Of a stretch of DNA of 64,000 bases, positions 19,024 through 27,378 are shown piece by piece. This DNA comes from Chitinophagaceae bacterium (GTDB taxonomy: Bacteria > Bacteroidota > Bacteroidia > Chitinophagales > Chitinophagaceae). Every line of letters starts with the position of its first letter. Within the stretch, counting starts at the first letter, position 1. The DNA is taken from contig JAEUVK010000083.1 of NCBI GenBank assembly GCA_016787135.1, positions 2,633 to 66,632 on the forward strand, read 5' to 3'. Below the pieces are notes generated by a model. The model saw only the letters and a list, made by a program, of their open reading frames with translations. It did not search any database and was not told the origin of the DNA. Position numbers and translations under genes: made by a program.

Positions 19024-20463
19024 TCACTTTCCCCTCACCAGATACCGTTTCTGTTCACGCTGGCTTACCGAATTTCCAACAACACCACTTATGGTTCCAC
19101 GACAGTTTTCAGAACCACACCTGCATTCAAAAGGCTCCATATTCTCATCAAGGAATTGCGAATAATCAAATGTAAGCTCTTCGTTTTTCTTTATACTCCT
19201 TAGTGAAATAACATTTAATCCCTCAAGACCTGTATTAGCATCGCAGCTATGATTCTGTGGCGCCCATTCTGACGGGTCATCATCCCACAGAACAAATACC
19301 TCTTCACTTACCGCATAAGCATACCGGCGAAAATTCAATTTTTGTTCTTCGTTCCAGTTTTTCTCTACAAATCTCTTTGTTACTATACGATGTGCCCTTT
19401 CTTCGCCCCTGAATATCACTTCACCCTTCCTGATGGGCCTAGCCGCGTATATACCAAAACCAGATATAGAATTCCCTTTCATCAAATAAGGCTTCTTTTT
19501 CCGTTGATGTCTTGCAACTCCCTCCGCAATAATATGCTCAAGAAAACCCCTTTGGCCCGCCTCATCAAATTTCAAAACAAAATCGGCTGACCCTTCATAC
19601 CCATCCGTATAAAATACGGAGCAGGTAAAATTAATTTCCAGGAAGTAAATCTCTTTCTTGTCATTTACCCTGAAATCAAGCCTCGCATATCCTACGCCAT
19701 TAAATCCCGTAAAAATCTTTTCAGTGGCTTCTCTCAACTGCCTATCCAATAGCGGATCAGTGCATGGAAAATTACAATCAGGGTGGAGTTCGGAAGTCTT
19801 TAATGAATAGGTCTTAAAGGTCTTGCCTTCCGGAAAAACGTATTCCACAGGCTTGAAGACTCTGCAGGATTTTCCATCTTCATTAGCCGCTACCAAAACT
19901 GTGAACTCTCTTCCCTCGATGTATTCTTCCACCAGCAGAGGTCCATAGTCATTAAAAATTTCAACTACCTTTTTGAGCAAATCCTCCTTATTGTACAGAA
20001 CAGAGTTTTCATCAATACCCAGGCTGTCACCTGCTTTTGCAGGCTTGATGAACATCGGGTATGAGAGATACTGTTCTACCTTTTCGATATCTTTTGGCTG
20101 TTCAATAATAAAATACCGCGGAGTTTTCACCCCTTCGCAGTGCGCAACATATTTCATTAACTCCTTCGACGGATCATACAATTTTGCTGTGGGCCCCGTA
20201 TGTGGAATATCCAATAATTCAAACGTATAAATTACATCTATCGAAGGGACCTCCCACTCGAGATACCCTTCACATAGGTTTACAAATATGTCATAATTCC
20301 TTTTTTTAAGTTCCTTTAACTGGCGATAAGTGGTCAGCTTATTCAGAAACACATGGTCCACTTCTGCCTCAGGTAGCAAATGAGAAAGATTTCTGGCGGG
20401 ATCATAATTCTTATAATCAACCCCGGTAGTTGAGTAGTCGGGCTGAAGCACACATACCTTCAT
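19024..20463 (-). CDS. ATP-grasp (Ddl-like) ligase fused to a C-terminal SET-domain methyltransferase
   Basis: 479 aa. ATP-grasp motifs are FIKPAKAGDSLGI, LVEEYIEGREF and RLDFRV...YFLEINF. SET motifs are QNHSCDAN and ELTFDY, with a post-SET-like CRCGSENCRG. Confidence 0.8.
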   Translation of the reverse strand: MKVCVLQPDYSTTGVDYKNYDPARNLSHLLPEAEVDHVFLNKLTTYRQLKELKKRNYDIFVNLCEGYLEWEVPSIDVIYTFELLDIPHTGPTAKLYDPSKELMKYVAHCEGVKTPRYFIIEQPKDIEKVEQYLSYPMFIKPAKAGDSLGIDENSVLYNKEDLLKKVVEIFNDYGPLLVEEYIEGREFTVLVAANEDGKSCRVFKPVEYVFPEGKTFKTYSLKTSELHPDCNFPCTDPLLDRQLREATEKIFTGFNGVGYARLDFRVNDKKEIYFLEINFTCSVFYTDGYEGSADFVLKFDEAGQRGFLEHIIAEGVARHQRKKKPYLMKGNSISGFGIYAARPIRKGEVIFRGEERAHRIVTKRFVEKNWNEEQKLNFRRYAYAVSEEVFVLWDDDPSEWAPQNHSCDANTGLEGLNVISLRSIKKNEELTFDYSQFLDENMEPFECRCGSENCRGTISGVVGNSVSQREQKRYLVRGK

Positions 20464-20473
20464 GACAGTACTA

Positions 20474-21622
20474 TTAAATGATTAAACCCCTTCTTATAAA
20501 GGCGTCTTGTATTATTTCGCGGATCAAAAGAGTAAAGGATCTGTTTGCATACCTCAAAATAGCTCCAATCGATGTATAATCCTCGTCATCGCTTAATCCA
20601 CATTGAGCATTGACTTCCAGCATATACAACTTTCCGTTGGAAGCATCCATTCTTATGTCCAACCGCCCGTACCCGGTACCCCCGACTGCAACATAAGCAT
20701 CAATACTTATCTTCTCAAGCTGCTTCATCAAAGAAGCATCCGGTCGGTTATAATTATAAAAATTCTCATTCCCCGGCATCGGTTTCTCATCTTCATATAT
20801 CTCCCATAGCCGGTCAAATGACAGAAATTTTTCTTCGTCAGGCAATGAATGATGGAATATTCTTTCAACAGCAGGGTAAACTGTACATTTTTCAGGAACC
20901 GATGATGACCCTACTACAAGTGTCGTGAATTCGGGCCCGGTTATGAACTGCTCAACTATCAATCCATCGGCTAAAAGATTCCATCCCCGATAACCTTGCT
21001 TGATTTCCCTGATCCTACGAAGCAACTCCTTATCTGTATAAACTACATTTTTTACTGAAACGCCCATGCTTCCCCCTGAAACTGCTGGTTTAATAATTAA
21101 CGGCGCCCCGATCCTTTTGCAAAGTCCTTTTACAGAATCTTCGCTTCCATCAATAATTTCCCATTTTGCGTTTGGCACCCCCGCTTTATCAAAAGCCCTT
21201 TTCATCGGGATCTTTGATGTCGTGATAGTATAGTAATGAGCATCGGATCCTGTGTAGACAAGTTTATTCCTTTCCAATTCATGGATAACAGATACTCCTG
21301 GTGTACCGTTGATCTCATCTCCATCACAGAGGTTTAGTACCAGGGGTATCTTTCTCCCCGATCTCTTCTTAATAGAACCAACAACCTCCCTGAAGTTATG
21401 CATAGTAACAGGCTGCCATGTCCAGTCTGCACCAAGCTCTTCAAATACCTTTGTGTATTCCTCCAGGCTTTGATTGAAATCGTAGTAATATTGAAGATTA
21501 GGGTCAGTGGTCTCCAGATATGGATACAATACCCAGATTTTTAGCTTCCGGATGGGGTCAGCCGATACTTTGGCGCGGGAACTTTTTTTCTTAAGCTCTT
21601 TTTTCCTTGCTTGAGCGATCAT
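20474..21622 (-). CDS. ATP-grasp domain ligase (D-Ala-D-Ala ligase-like)
   Basis: 382 aa. Motifs are LNLCDGDEINGTPG, LIIKPAVSGGSMGV, IVEQFITGPEF and GRLDIRM...YMLEVNAQ. The N-terminal tail is Lys-rich. The start overlaps the upstream SET gene by 32 nt. Confidence 0.8.
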   Translation of the reverse strand: MIAQARKKELKKKSSRAKVSADPIRKLKIWVLYPYLETTDPNLQYYYDFNQSLEEYTKVFEELGADWTWQPVTMHNFREVVGSIKKRSGRKIPLVLNLCDGDEINGTPGVSVIHELERNKLVYTGSDAHYYTITTSKIPMKRAFDKAGVPNAKWEIIDGSEDSVKGLCKRIGAPLIIKPAVSGGSMGVSVKNVVYTDKELLRRIREIKQGYRGWNLLADGLIVEQFITGPEFTTLVVGSSSVPEKCTVYPAVERIFHHSLPDEEKFLSFDRLWEIYEDEKPMPGNENFYNYNRPDASLMKQLEKISIDAYVAVGGTGYGRLDIRMDASNGKLYMLEVNAQCGLSDDEDYTSIGAILRYANRSFTLLIREIIQDAFIRRGLII

Positions 21623-22100
21623 GCAGTTGCTGTTGAATGAAGCGGGTAAGTTTATATGTATCTAAAACCTCCCGGCTGATATGTGCTGCGCCTTGTATCT
21701 TTCCAAGACACCTGTCTGTTCCGCAAAAACAACTAAAAGGTTGGGCCATGTCCCACTCTGTGGAAGGATAAAAGAATGTCATTTCATCCCCTTCTTCGAT
21801 AGGCTTAAGCGCTACTACCTTCATAGCATAAGTATCAAAGAAAACATTCGGGTCGCAGCTATGGTTGATGTACTGAAGATGTTCCGGCTGCAGCATGATA
21901 TGTTTGTCGACATCTACCTGAACCGTAAGATAAGTTGGCTCAGACAATACCTGTCCTGCATAGAACTCTGCAATAACATCTCCCGGCTGATAGGAGCGCT
22001 GCGCAAAGAATGCTTTCTGATTATTTACTAAGTTTTGCCTGACTACGGCAAACTGATGATCGCTGATAATGCGATATTGGGGGTTAGTAAGTGTTATCAT
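21591..22100 (-). CDS. SET domain-containing methyltransferase
   Basis: 169 aa. Motifs are INHSCDPN and GDEMTFFY, with a Cys cluster CFCGTDRCLG. Confidence 0.8.
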   Translation of the reverse strand: MITLTNPQYRIISDHQFAVVRQNLVNNQKAFFAQRSYQPGDVIAEFYAGQVLSEPTYLTVQVDVDKHIMLQPEHLQYINHSCDPNVFFDTYAMKVVALKPIEEGDEMTFFYPSTEWDMAQPFSCFCGTDRCLGKIQGAAHISREVLDTYKLTRFIQQQLHDRSSKEKRA

Positions 22101-22187
22101 GATCGTTTCGTTATGAAAAGATATATATAAACTTTTATGTAAAAAATCTTATTTGAATAAATGTGAATAATTCATAGCAATAGCTTA

Positions 22188-22213
22188 ATAACATCATTGA
22201 TCAATGATGTTAT
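22188..22213. promoter_or_regulatory. Perfect 26-bp palindrome in a divergent intergenic region (candidate operator)
   Basis: ATAACATCATTGA|TCAATGATGTTAT. It lies 88 bp upstream of the SET operon start and about 70-85 bp upstream of the divergent gene. Confidence 0.5.
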
Positions 22214-22282
22214 GTTATTACCATACTACCAACCTGCACACTTCGGTCATGCATCATTTCATTGTAAATTTGCCGCTCGCTT

Positions 22283-23773
22283 ATGTTATTAATGCTAATG
22301 CCTGTTCGGATAAAAAAATATATAAAAGCTATAGCCTTATTGATCTGTTTCATTGCTCCAAGCAATATAATTACCGGCCAATGTACAACACCCATTGCTA
22401 TATTTCCATACAATGAAAGCTTTGAAACCGCTACTGGTGGCTGGTTTCAGGGCGGTATTGCTTCTGACTGGGCATGGGGCGCACCTACAAAACCCCTTAT
22501 TGCCAGCGCAGCCAATGGTAGTCGTTGCTGGGTCATTGGCGGTTTGACCGGTAGCTCATACAACAATTCACAAGCTTCCTGGCTGCAAAGTCCCTGCTTT
22601 GATTTTACTTCATTACAATACCCCTATATAACTTTTAGTGTCTTCTGGGAAATGGAACAGAGATTTGATGGCGCAAGCTTTCAATACTCAATAAATAATG
22701 GTTCTACCTGGTCGGATATAGGCTCATCCAATGAAGCCCCGTATTGTTTAAATGAGAATTGGTATAACTATTCACCCGTTACTTACCTGTCATCATTGTC
22801 AACGACCAGAAATGGGTGGTCCGGCAATATTCAGTCCACTTCAGGAAGCTGTCTCGGCGGTAATGGAAGCAATGGCTGGGTAACTGCAAAACATATTATG
22901 CCAATACTGGCAGGCCAATCTTCAGTGATATTCCGGTTTATATTTGGCTCAGGCACTACCTGCAGTAACTATGATGGGTTTGCAATTGATAATATTATCA
23001 TAGGAGAAGCGCCTTCTAACAATGCCGGCTTTACTTCTGCCTGTGTTAGCAGCACTACTGTTTCCTTTACCAATACATCCTCGTTTTGTCCGGGCTCTTT
23101 TACTTGGAACTTCGGGGACCCAGCATCGGGAACATCAAATACATCATCTGCAAAAGACCCCATTCACTCATTCTCCGGACCAGGCGTTTATACAATTACT
23201 CTGACAGCAGGCGGGCAGGGCAATGCTTCTTCTACTACGACAGGAGAGGTAATAATATTCGAAGCAGGTGCATCTGTTATATCACCGGCTGATTGCACCA
23301 GCGGAAACGGGGGGTCAGCTTTAGTGAGCGCTGTCGGTGGGCCGGGTCCTTATACCTATTTATGGAGCACTACTCCGCCTCAAACAACAAGTACTGCCAC
23401 TGGTCTTCCGTATGGCGATTATAAGATAATTGTTACTGCTGCCGGATCTTGTCCTGATACAGCCAGGGTTACCATCCCTCTGGATCTTTCCTGCATCGGC
23501 ATCTATTTCCCATCTGCTTTTACTCCAAACGGTGATGGGCGAAATGATAGCTTCGGCCCGTTAGGCAGTGTTTCCGTCTTAAGCAATTACTCGTTCTACA
23601 TATATAACCGGTGGGGAGAACGGGTTTTCTACAGCACAAACCCTTTTCAAAAATGGGATGGGGTATTCAGGGGGAAAGGGGCCGATAACAACAGTTTTGC
23701 CTGGTATGCAGAATATGACCTTCCCGGGCAGCTACGGGTCTTAAAAAAAGGAACTATAATGTTAATTAAATAA
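22283..23773 (+). CDS. Secreted protein with MAM/jelly-roll-like N-domain, PKD domain, SprB-like repeat and T9SS type B sorting domain
   Basis: 496 aa. The PKD core is WNFGDP...HSFSGPGVYTITL. The C-terminal FPSAFTPNGDGRNDSF...YIYNRWGERVF is the gliding-motility CTD. A TAAATTTG -7 box at 22265-22272 suggests the start may be the Met at 22298. Confidence 0.8.
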   Translation: MLLMLMPVRIKKYIKAIALLICFIAPSNIITGQCTTPIAIFPYNESFETATGGWFQGGIASDWAWGAPTKPLIASAANGSRCWVIGGLTGSSYNNSQASWLQSPCFDFTSLQYPYITFSVFWEMEQRFDGASFQYSINNGSTWSDIGSSNEAPYCLNENWYNYSPVTYLSSLSTTRNGWSGNIQSTSGSCLGGNGSNGWVTAKHIMPILAGQSSVIFRFIFGSGTTCSNYDGFAIDNIIIGEAPSNNAGFTSACVSSTTVSFTNTSSFCPGSFTWNFGDPASGTSNTSSAKDPIHSFSGPGVYTITLTAGGQGNASSTTTGEVIIFEAGASVISPADCTSGNGGSALVSAVGGPGPYTYLWSTTPPQTTSTATGLPYGDYKIIVTAAGSCPDTARVTIPLDLSCIGIYFPSAFTPNGDGRNDSFGPLGSVSVLSNYSFYIYNRWGERVFYSTNPFQKWDGVFRGKGADNNSFAWYAEYDLPGQLRVLKKGTIMLIK

Positions 23774-23782
23774 ATACACCTT

Positions 23783-26293
23783 TTAAGCAGAAAGACCGTT
23801 TTGATATTTCTTCCATGCAATCGCCAACCTGATCTCCCCAAAACCGATATCGTTACCTAACGATTCCTTAATAGAAGTAATAGATCCGCCGTTGTACTTT
23901 TTAATTGCTGATTCAATCAATATAAGTTTATCCCTGCTTACCAGCTCCTCAATATTGATCTCCCCTCTGGAAATATAATATGCCAGGTGACCTTCGATGG
24001 TTTGGACGGTAAGGCTACGTTTTTTGGCAATAATATCCACCGAATTACCCTCCTTATACAACCTTAAGGATTCTGCTTTGGTATCAACTTTACCTTTTCT
24101 GGAATCCGTATCCGATTTTCTTTCCTTCTTTGGAGGTTTTTCGTGTATTCTTGATAACAGGTTGTTTGCTTTACTATACTCAAGAATTATTTCCAGAAAC
24201 CCCTGGCCGTATCGGCTGGCTTTGGCGTCACCAAAACCACTGATCTTTCTAAGTTCTGACAATGATTGTGGAAGGTAACGGGTCATTTCGTCCAGCGTAT
24301 TACTGCCGGCCACCATATAAATGGGCGTATCCCTACTGGCGCAAATACTATCCCGCAGCTTTCGCAGTTGCTGATATAACTCTGGGTATGGTACGTCTGT
24401 TCTTTGTTGCGACACAGCGGCGTATGCGTTAACCATAAAAGGAGGTAAAACAAAACTTTTATTTCGCCGGTGCCATGATTCCGCATCCAGGCTTCCGTTA
24501 TACCCATCTAAAAGATGCTTTTTTGCAGACAGTTCTGCAAACACTTCTTTTAACCAGTCATTAAACTCCTTCGCATGAGGCTTACTATCGGAGACAACGG
24601 GAGCCCGTTGCATATGGTCAATTACTGATCCAAGTTCTTTTACAAAATGTTCCGCCGCTCTCATGGTCCTTTCCAGCAGTAATGGATTCTCTTCCAAAGA
24701 AACCGGTAGCTGAAACTGACCCTTCAGCCATACATGAAACTTTTCAGCCATTTCCTGTAACAAGTTTATTCTTTGAAAAAGGTCGGTGGTCCACATGACA
24801 GCTTGCGCATTAAACGAAGAAACATTTGCCGCAACATATTTACTCACCTCATTTGCATTATCAACTGCCGGCCTGAAGTCGAACATCAATAACAATAGCT
24901 TTTCCTGGTAGCTTTGGCGTGCGGTGGCCAGCTCTCCATTCAGTTTTGCTGAAGGAGTGCTGTTCTTTGAAAATTTTACTATACGCTGATCAGTAAAAAG
25001 ATTTCTTGTCTGGATCTCACTTTGCAGCACCATTCCTTCAAGATTGGTACACCGGCTTAATGCTACATATACTTGCCCCGCAGCAAAAGACCTGCCCGCA
25101 TCAATGATTGCTTTTTCGAAAGTCAGTCCCTGGCTCTTGTGAATGGTAATAGCCCATGCCAGTCGCAAAGGGTACTGGCTGAAAGAACCCAATACAGATT
25201 CCTCCATCTGCCTGTTTGATCTATTCAGCGTATAACGGATATTCTCCCATCGTTCTTTATTTACTTCTATTTCATCTGTTTCGCCCTTACATTTCACAAG
25301 AATTTTATCTTCTTCCAACCCTGTTACTATACCGATCTTGCCATTATAAAATCGTTTACTCCTGTCGCTGTCATTTTTGATGAACATCACCTGAGCCCCT
25401 TCTTTGAGAAGAAGTACTTCCTCAGCAGGATAAGCAGTATCAGGAAAATCGCCTTCTATTTCTGCCCTATAAACAAATGATCTTGTGTCCAGTTTATCCA
25501 GTTGGTCAGCATTAGTATTTCTGGCGATCTCATTATGCGAGGTCAAAATAATATACCCATCGTCGGCCTTTCTTTTAAAGTGGGGTTGATATCTTGATTG
25601 TAATATCATCAGACCCTCCCCGTCAAGCTCATTATTACGAACCTGGTTAAGGACTCTGATAAACCGCTCTTCGTTTTGCCGGTATATTTTATCAAACTCA
25701 ATATACATAGGTGGTTCTTCCCTAATCACGGCACTGTCGAAAAAGTAAGGGCTTTTATAAAACTCAGAAAGAATATTCCAGTCCTGTTCCTTTATTACCG
25801 GAGGCAATTGGAACATGTCGCCGATCATCAGAAGTTGTACACCTCCAAATCTTTCATATGGCTTTTTGCGAACATGCCTCAATACCGTATCGATAGCATC
25901 CATTATATCACATCGGACCATACTTATTTCATCAATGATCAGCAATTCCAGCTGCTGCAACACTCTGATCTTTTCCTTTGTAATACGCAGCCGGCTGATG
26001 AGACTATGCGGATTGACAACCGCTTCCCTATTACTGGAAAATCCCTTTATTTCGGGTATGAAAAGAGAAAGTGGTAGCTGAAAGAATGAATGGATCGTAA
26101 CACCCCCTGCATTTATAGCCGCTACACCGGTAGGGGCAACTACTGCCATTTGCTTAGGACAACGTTCCCGGATATATTTTAGAAAAGTGGTTTTCCCTGT
26201 TCCGGCTTTGCCAGTAAGAAATACGTGCCGGGAGCTTTGGATGACCAACTCAGCAGCAATCCGGAATATTTCATTTGTTGGATCATGATTCAT
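23783..26293 (-). CDS. Pif1/RecD-like SF1 helicase with C-terminal HRDC and HTH domains
   Basis: 836 aa. The Walker A motif is GKAGTGKTT. LIIDEISM, ITIHKSQGLTFE and VALSR are also present. The C-terminus has an HRDC-like segment (ISGFGDAKASRYG) and a winged-HTH-like tail. Confidence 0.85.
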   Translation of the reverse strand: MNHDPTNEIFRIAAELVIQSSRHVFLTGKAGTGKTTFLKYIRERCPKQMAVVAPTGVAAINAGGVTIHSFFQLPLSLFIPEIKGFSSNREAVVNPHSLISRLRITKEKIRVLQQLELLIIDEISMVRCDIMDAIDTVLRHVRKKPYERFGGVQLLMIGDMFQLPPVIKEQDWNILSEFYKSPYFFDSAVIREEPPMYIEFDKIYRQNEERFIRVLNQVRNNELDGEGLMILQSRYQPHFKRKADDGYIILTSHNEIARNTNADQLDKLDTRSFVYRAEIEGDFPDTAYPAEEVLLLKEGAQVMFIKNDSDRSKRFYNGKIGIVTGLEEDKILVKCKGETDEIEVNKERWENIRYTLNRSNRQMEESVLGSFSQYPLRLAWAITIHKSQGLTFEKAIIDAGRSFAAGQVYVALSRCTNLEGMVLQSEIQTRNLFTDQRIVKFSKNSTPSAKLNGELATARQSYQEKLLLLMFDFRPAVDNANEVSKYVAANVSSFNAQAVMWTTDLFQRINLLQEMAEKFHVWLKGQFQLPVSLEENPLLLERTMRAAEHFVKELGSVIDHMQRAPVVSDSKPHAKEFNDWLKEVFAELSAKKHLLDGYNGSLDAESWHRRNKSFVLPPFMVNAYAAVSQQRTDVPYPELYQQLRKLRDSICASRDTPIYMVAGSNTLDEMTRYLPQSLSELRKISGFGDAKASRYGQGFLEIILEYSKANNLLSRIHEKPPKKERKSDTDSRKGKVDTKAESLRLYKEGNSVDIIAKKRSLTVQTIEGHLAYYISRGEINIEELVSRDKLILIESAIKKYNGGSITSIKESLGNDIGFGEIRLAIAWKKYQNGLSA

Positions 26294-26370
26294 AAAGCAT
26301 TTGCTAAACTAAAACAAAAAGGGGCATTGCACCAGATGTATCTTTTTGCAATACCCCAAACAGTATCTTT

Positions 26371-26715
26371 CTATTCGGCAGATTTCACGCCTAGCATCAA
26401 GAGCTCATTGACCTGTATCTCCGTAATATACTTTTTATTGCCCTCCTTGTCGGTGTAGCTGCGGTTGATCAGCTTACCTTCGATGGCTACTTCTTTTCCT
26501 TTGTCTAAATACTTTTCAGCAATGTCGGCAAGCTTTCCCCACGCCACGAGATTATGCCACTGCGTTTCTGTTACCTTATCACCACTGGCGTTACGATAGA
26601 CTTCGTTTGTGGCCATGCTGAAACGGGCCAGTTTCTTACCGCTCTCTGTGTTCTTTACTTCTGGTTTGCCACCCAGGTTACCGATCAGTTGTACTTTGTT
26701 TTTAAGTGCGTACAT
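26371..26715 (-). CDS. ssb: Single-stranded DNA-binding protein, short form without acidic C-terminal tail
   Basis: 114 aa. The OB-fold pattern is NKVQLIGNLG...TQWHNLVAWGKLA...V.IEGKL. The protein ends ...LGVKSAE. Confidence 0.85.
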   Translation of the reverse strand: MYALKNKVQLIGNLGGKPEVKNTESGKKLARFSMATNEVYRNASGDKVTETQWHNLVAWGKLADIAEKYLDKGKEVAIEGKLINRSYTDKEGNKKYITEIQVNELLMLGVKSAE

Positions 26716-26903
26716 AATTGTAAGGTTTACTTGTTTTGAATTTTGTTATCTCAGTCTCCGGTTCTGCCGTTGACGAAACAAAGATGGGGGTGCCGGAAAG
26801 CGATAGCCGGTTTTTATCCCTTTACTTACGGATGTAGCCGTTTGTAAACGATTGTAATCAGAAATTCCGTATCTTATAACCTGAAAATCAATCTGCCTTT
26901 CCT

Positions 26904-27278
26904 ATGCACACACAAACAGAAATCAAAACTTGCTTAGCCTGCGGCAAACCAATCAAGGGGAGGTCCGACAAACGATTCTGTGATGATTATTGCCGCAACG
27001 CCTACAATAACCAGCTCAAATCAGCTACTAATAATCTTGTAAGAAACATTAATAACGCTCTTGGAAAGAATCGCAGGATATTAGAAAACCTCTTGCCGGA
27101 AGGTGAAGAAACAGCAAAGAGCAATAAAGAAAAGCTGCTTCGACTTGGGTTTAATTTCAAATATTTTACCCATACATATATTACAAAAACAGGCAAGACA
27201 TATCTCTGCTGCTATGAGTATGGCTATTTGCCATTGGAAAATGATTGGTTCCTGATCGTAAAGTGGAAAGAGGAGTGA
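26904..27278 (+). CDS. Hypothetical zinc-ribbon protein
   Basis: 124 aa. The N-terminal CLACGKPIKGRSDKRFCDDYCRN has a four-Cys arrangement. I did not recognise the family. Confidence 0.55.
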   Translation: MHTQTEIKTCLACGKPIKGRSDKRFCDDYCRNAYNNQLKSATNNLVRNINNALGKNRRILENLLPEGEETAKSNKEKLLRLGFNFKYFTHTYITKTGKTYLCCYEYGYLPLENDWFLIVKWKEE

Positions 27279-27331
27279 AAGCCAGGAGCTGCTTATACCT
27301 CCTTCACACCATTATAGCTGCTCAAAAATTA

Positions 27332-27360
27332 CCCCGCCATTTCTGGCGGGGGGTTTTTCA
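27332..27360. terminator. Bidirectional intrinsic terminator between convergent genes
   Basis: The stem CCCCGCCA-TTTC-TGGCGGGG is followed by GGTTTTT on the plus strand and preceded by AAAAATT, which gives a T-run on the minus strand. Confidence 0.8.
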
Positions 27361-27378
27361 ACGTTGTCCTAACAGGAC

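Noticed and set aside
15729-22280. Impression of lower GC content across nadD-feoA-ybeY-mnmG-SET/ATP-grasp than in flanking DNA, which could hint at foreign origin.
   Set aside because: This was judged only from a few hand-counted lines, which ranged from 33 to 55 percent GC. The block contains core housekeeping genes. A sliding-window GC and codon-usage calculation would be needed before making any claim.
22204-22416. ORFs 22204..22416 (+) and 22210..22413 (-) in the AT-rich divergent intergenic region.
   Set aside because: They overlap each other, the 26-bp palindrome, the promoter box and the 5' end of the T9SS cargo gene. Their composition is AT-driven and no motifs are recognisable.
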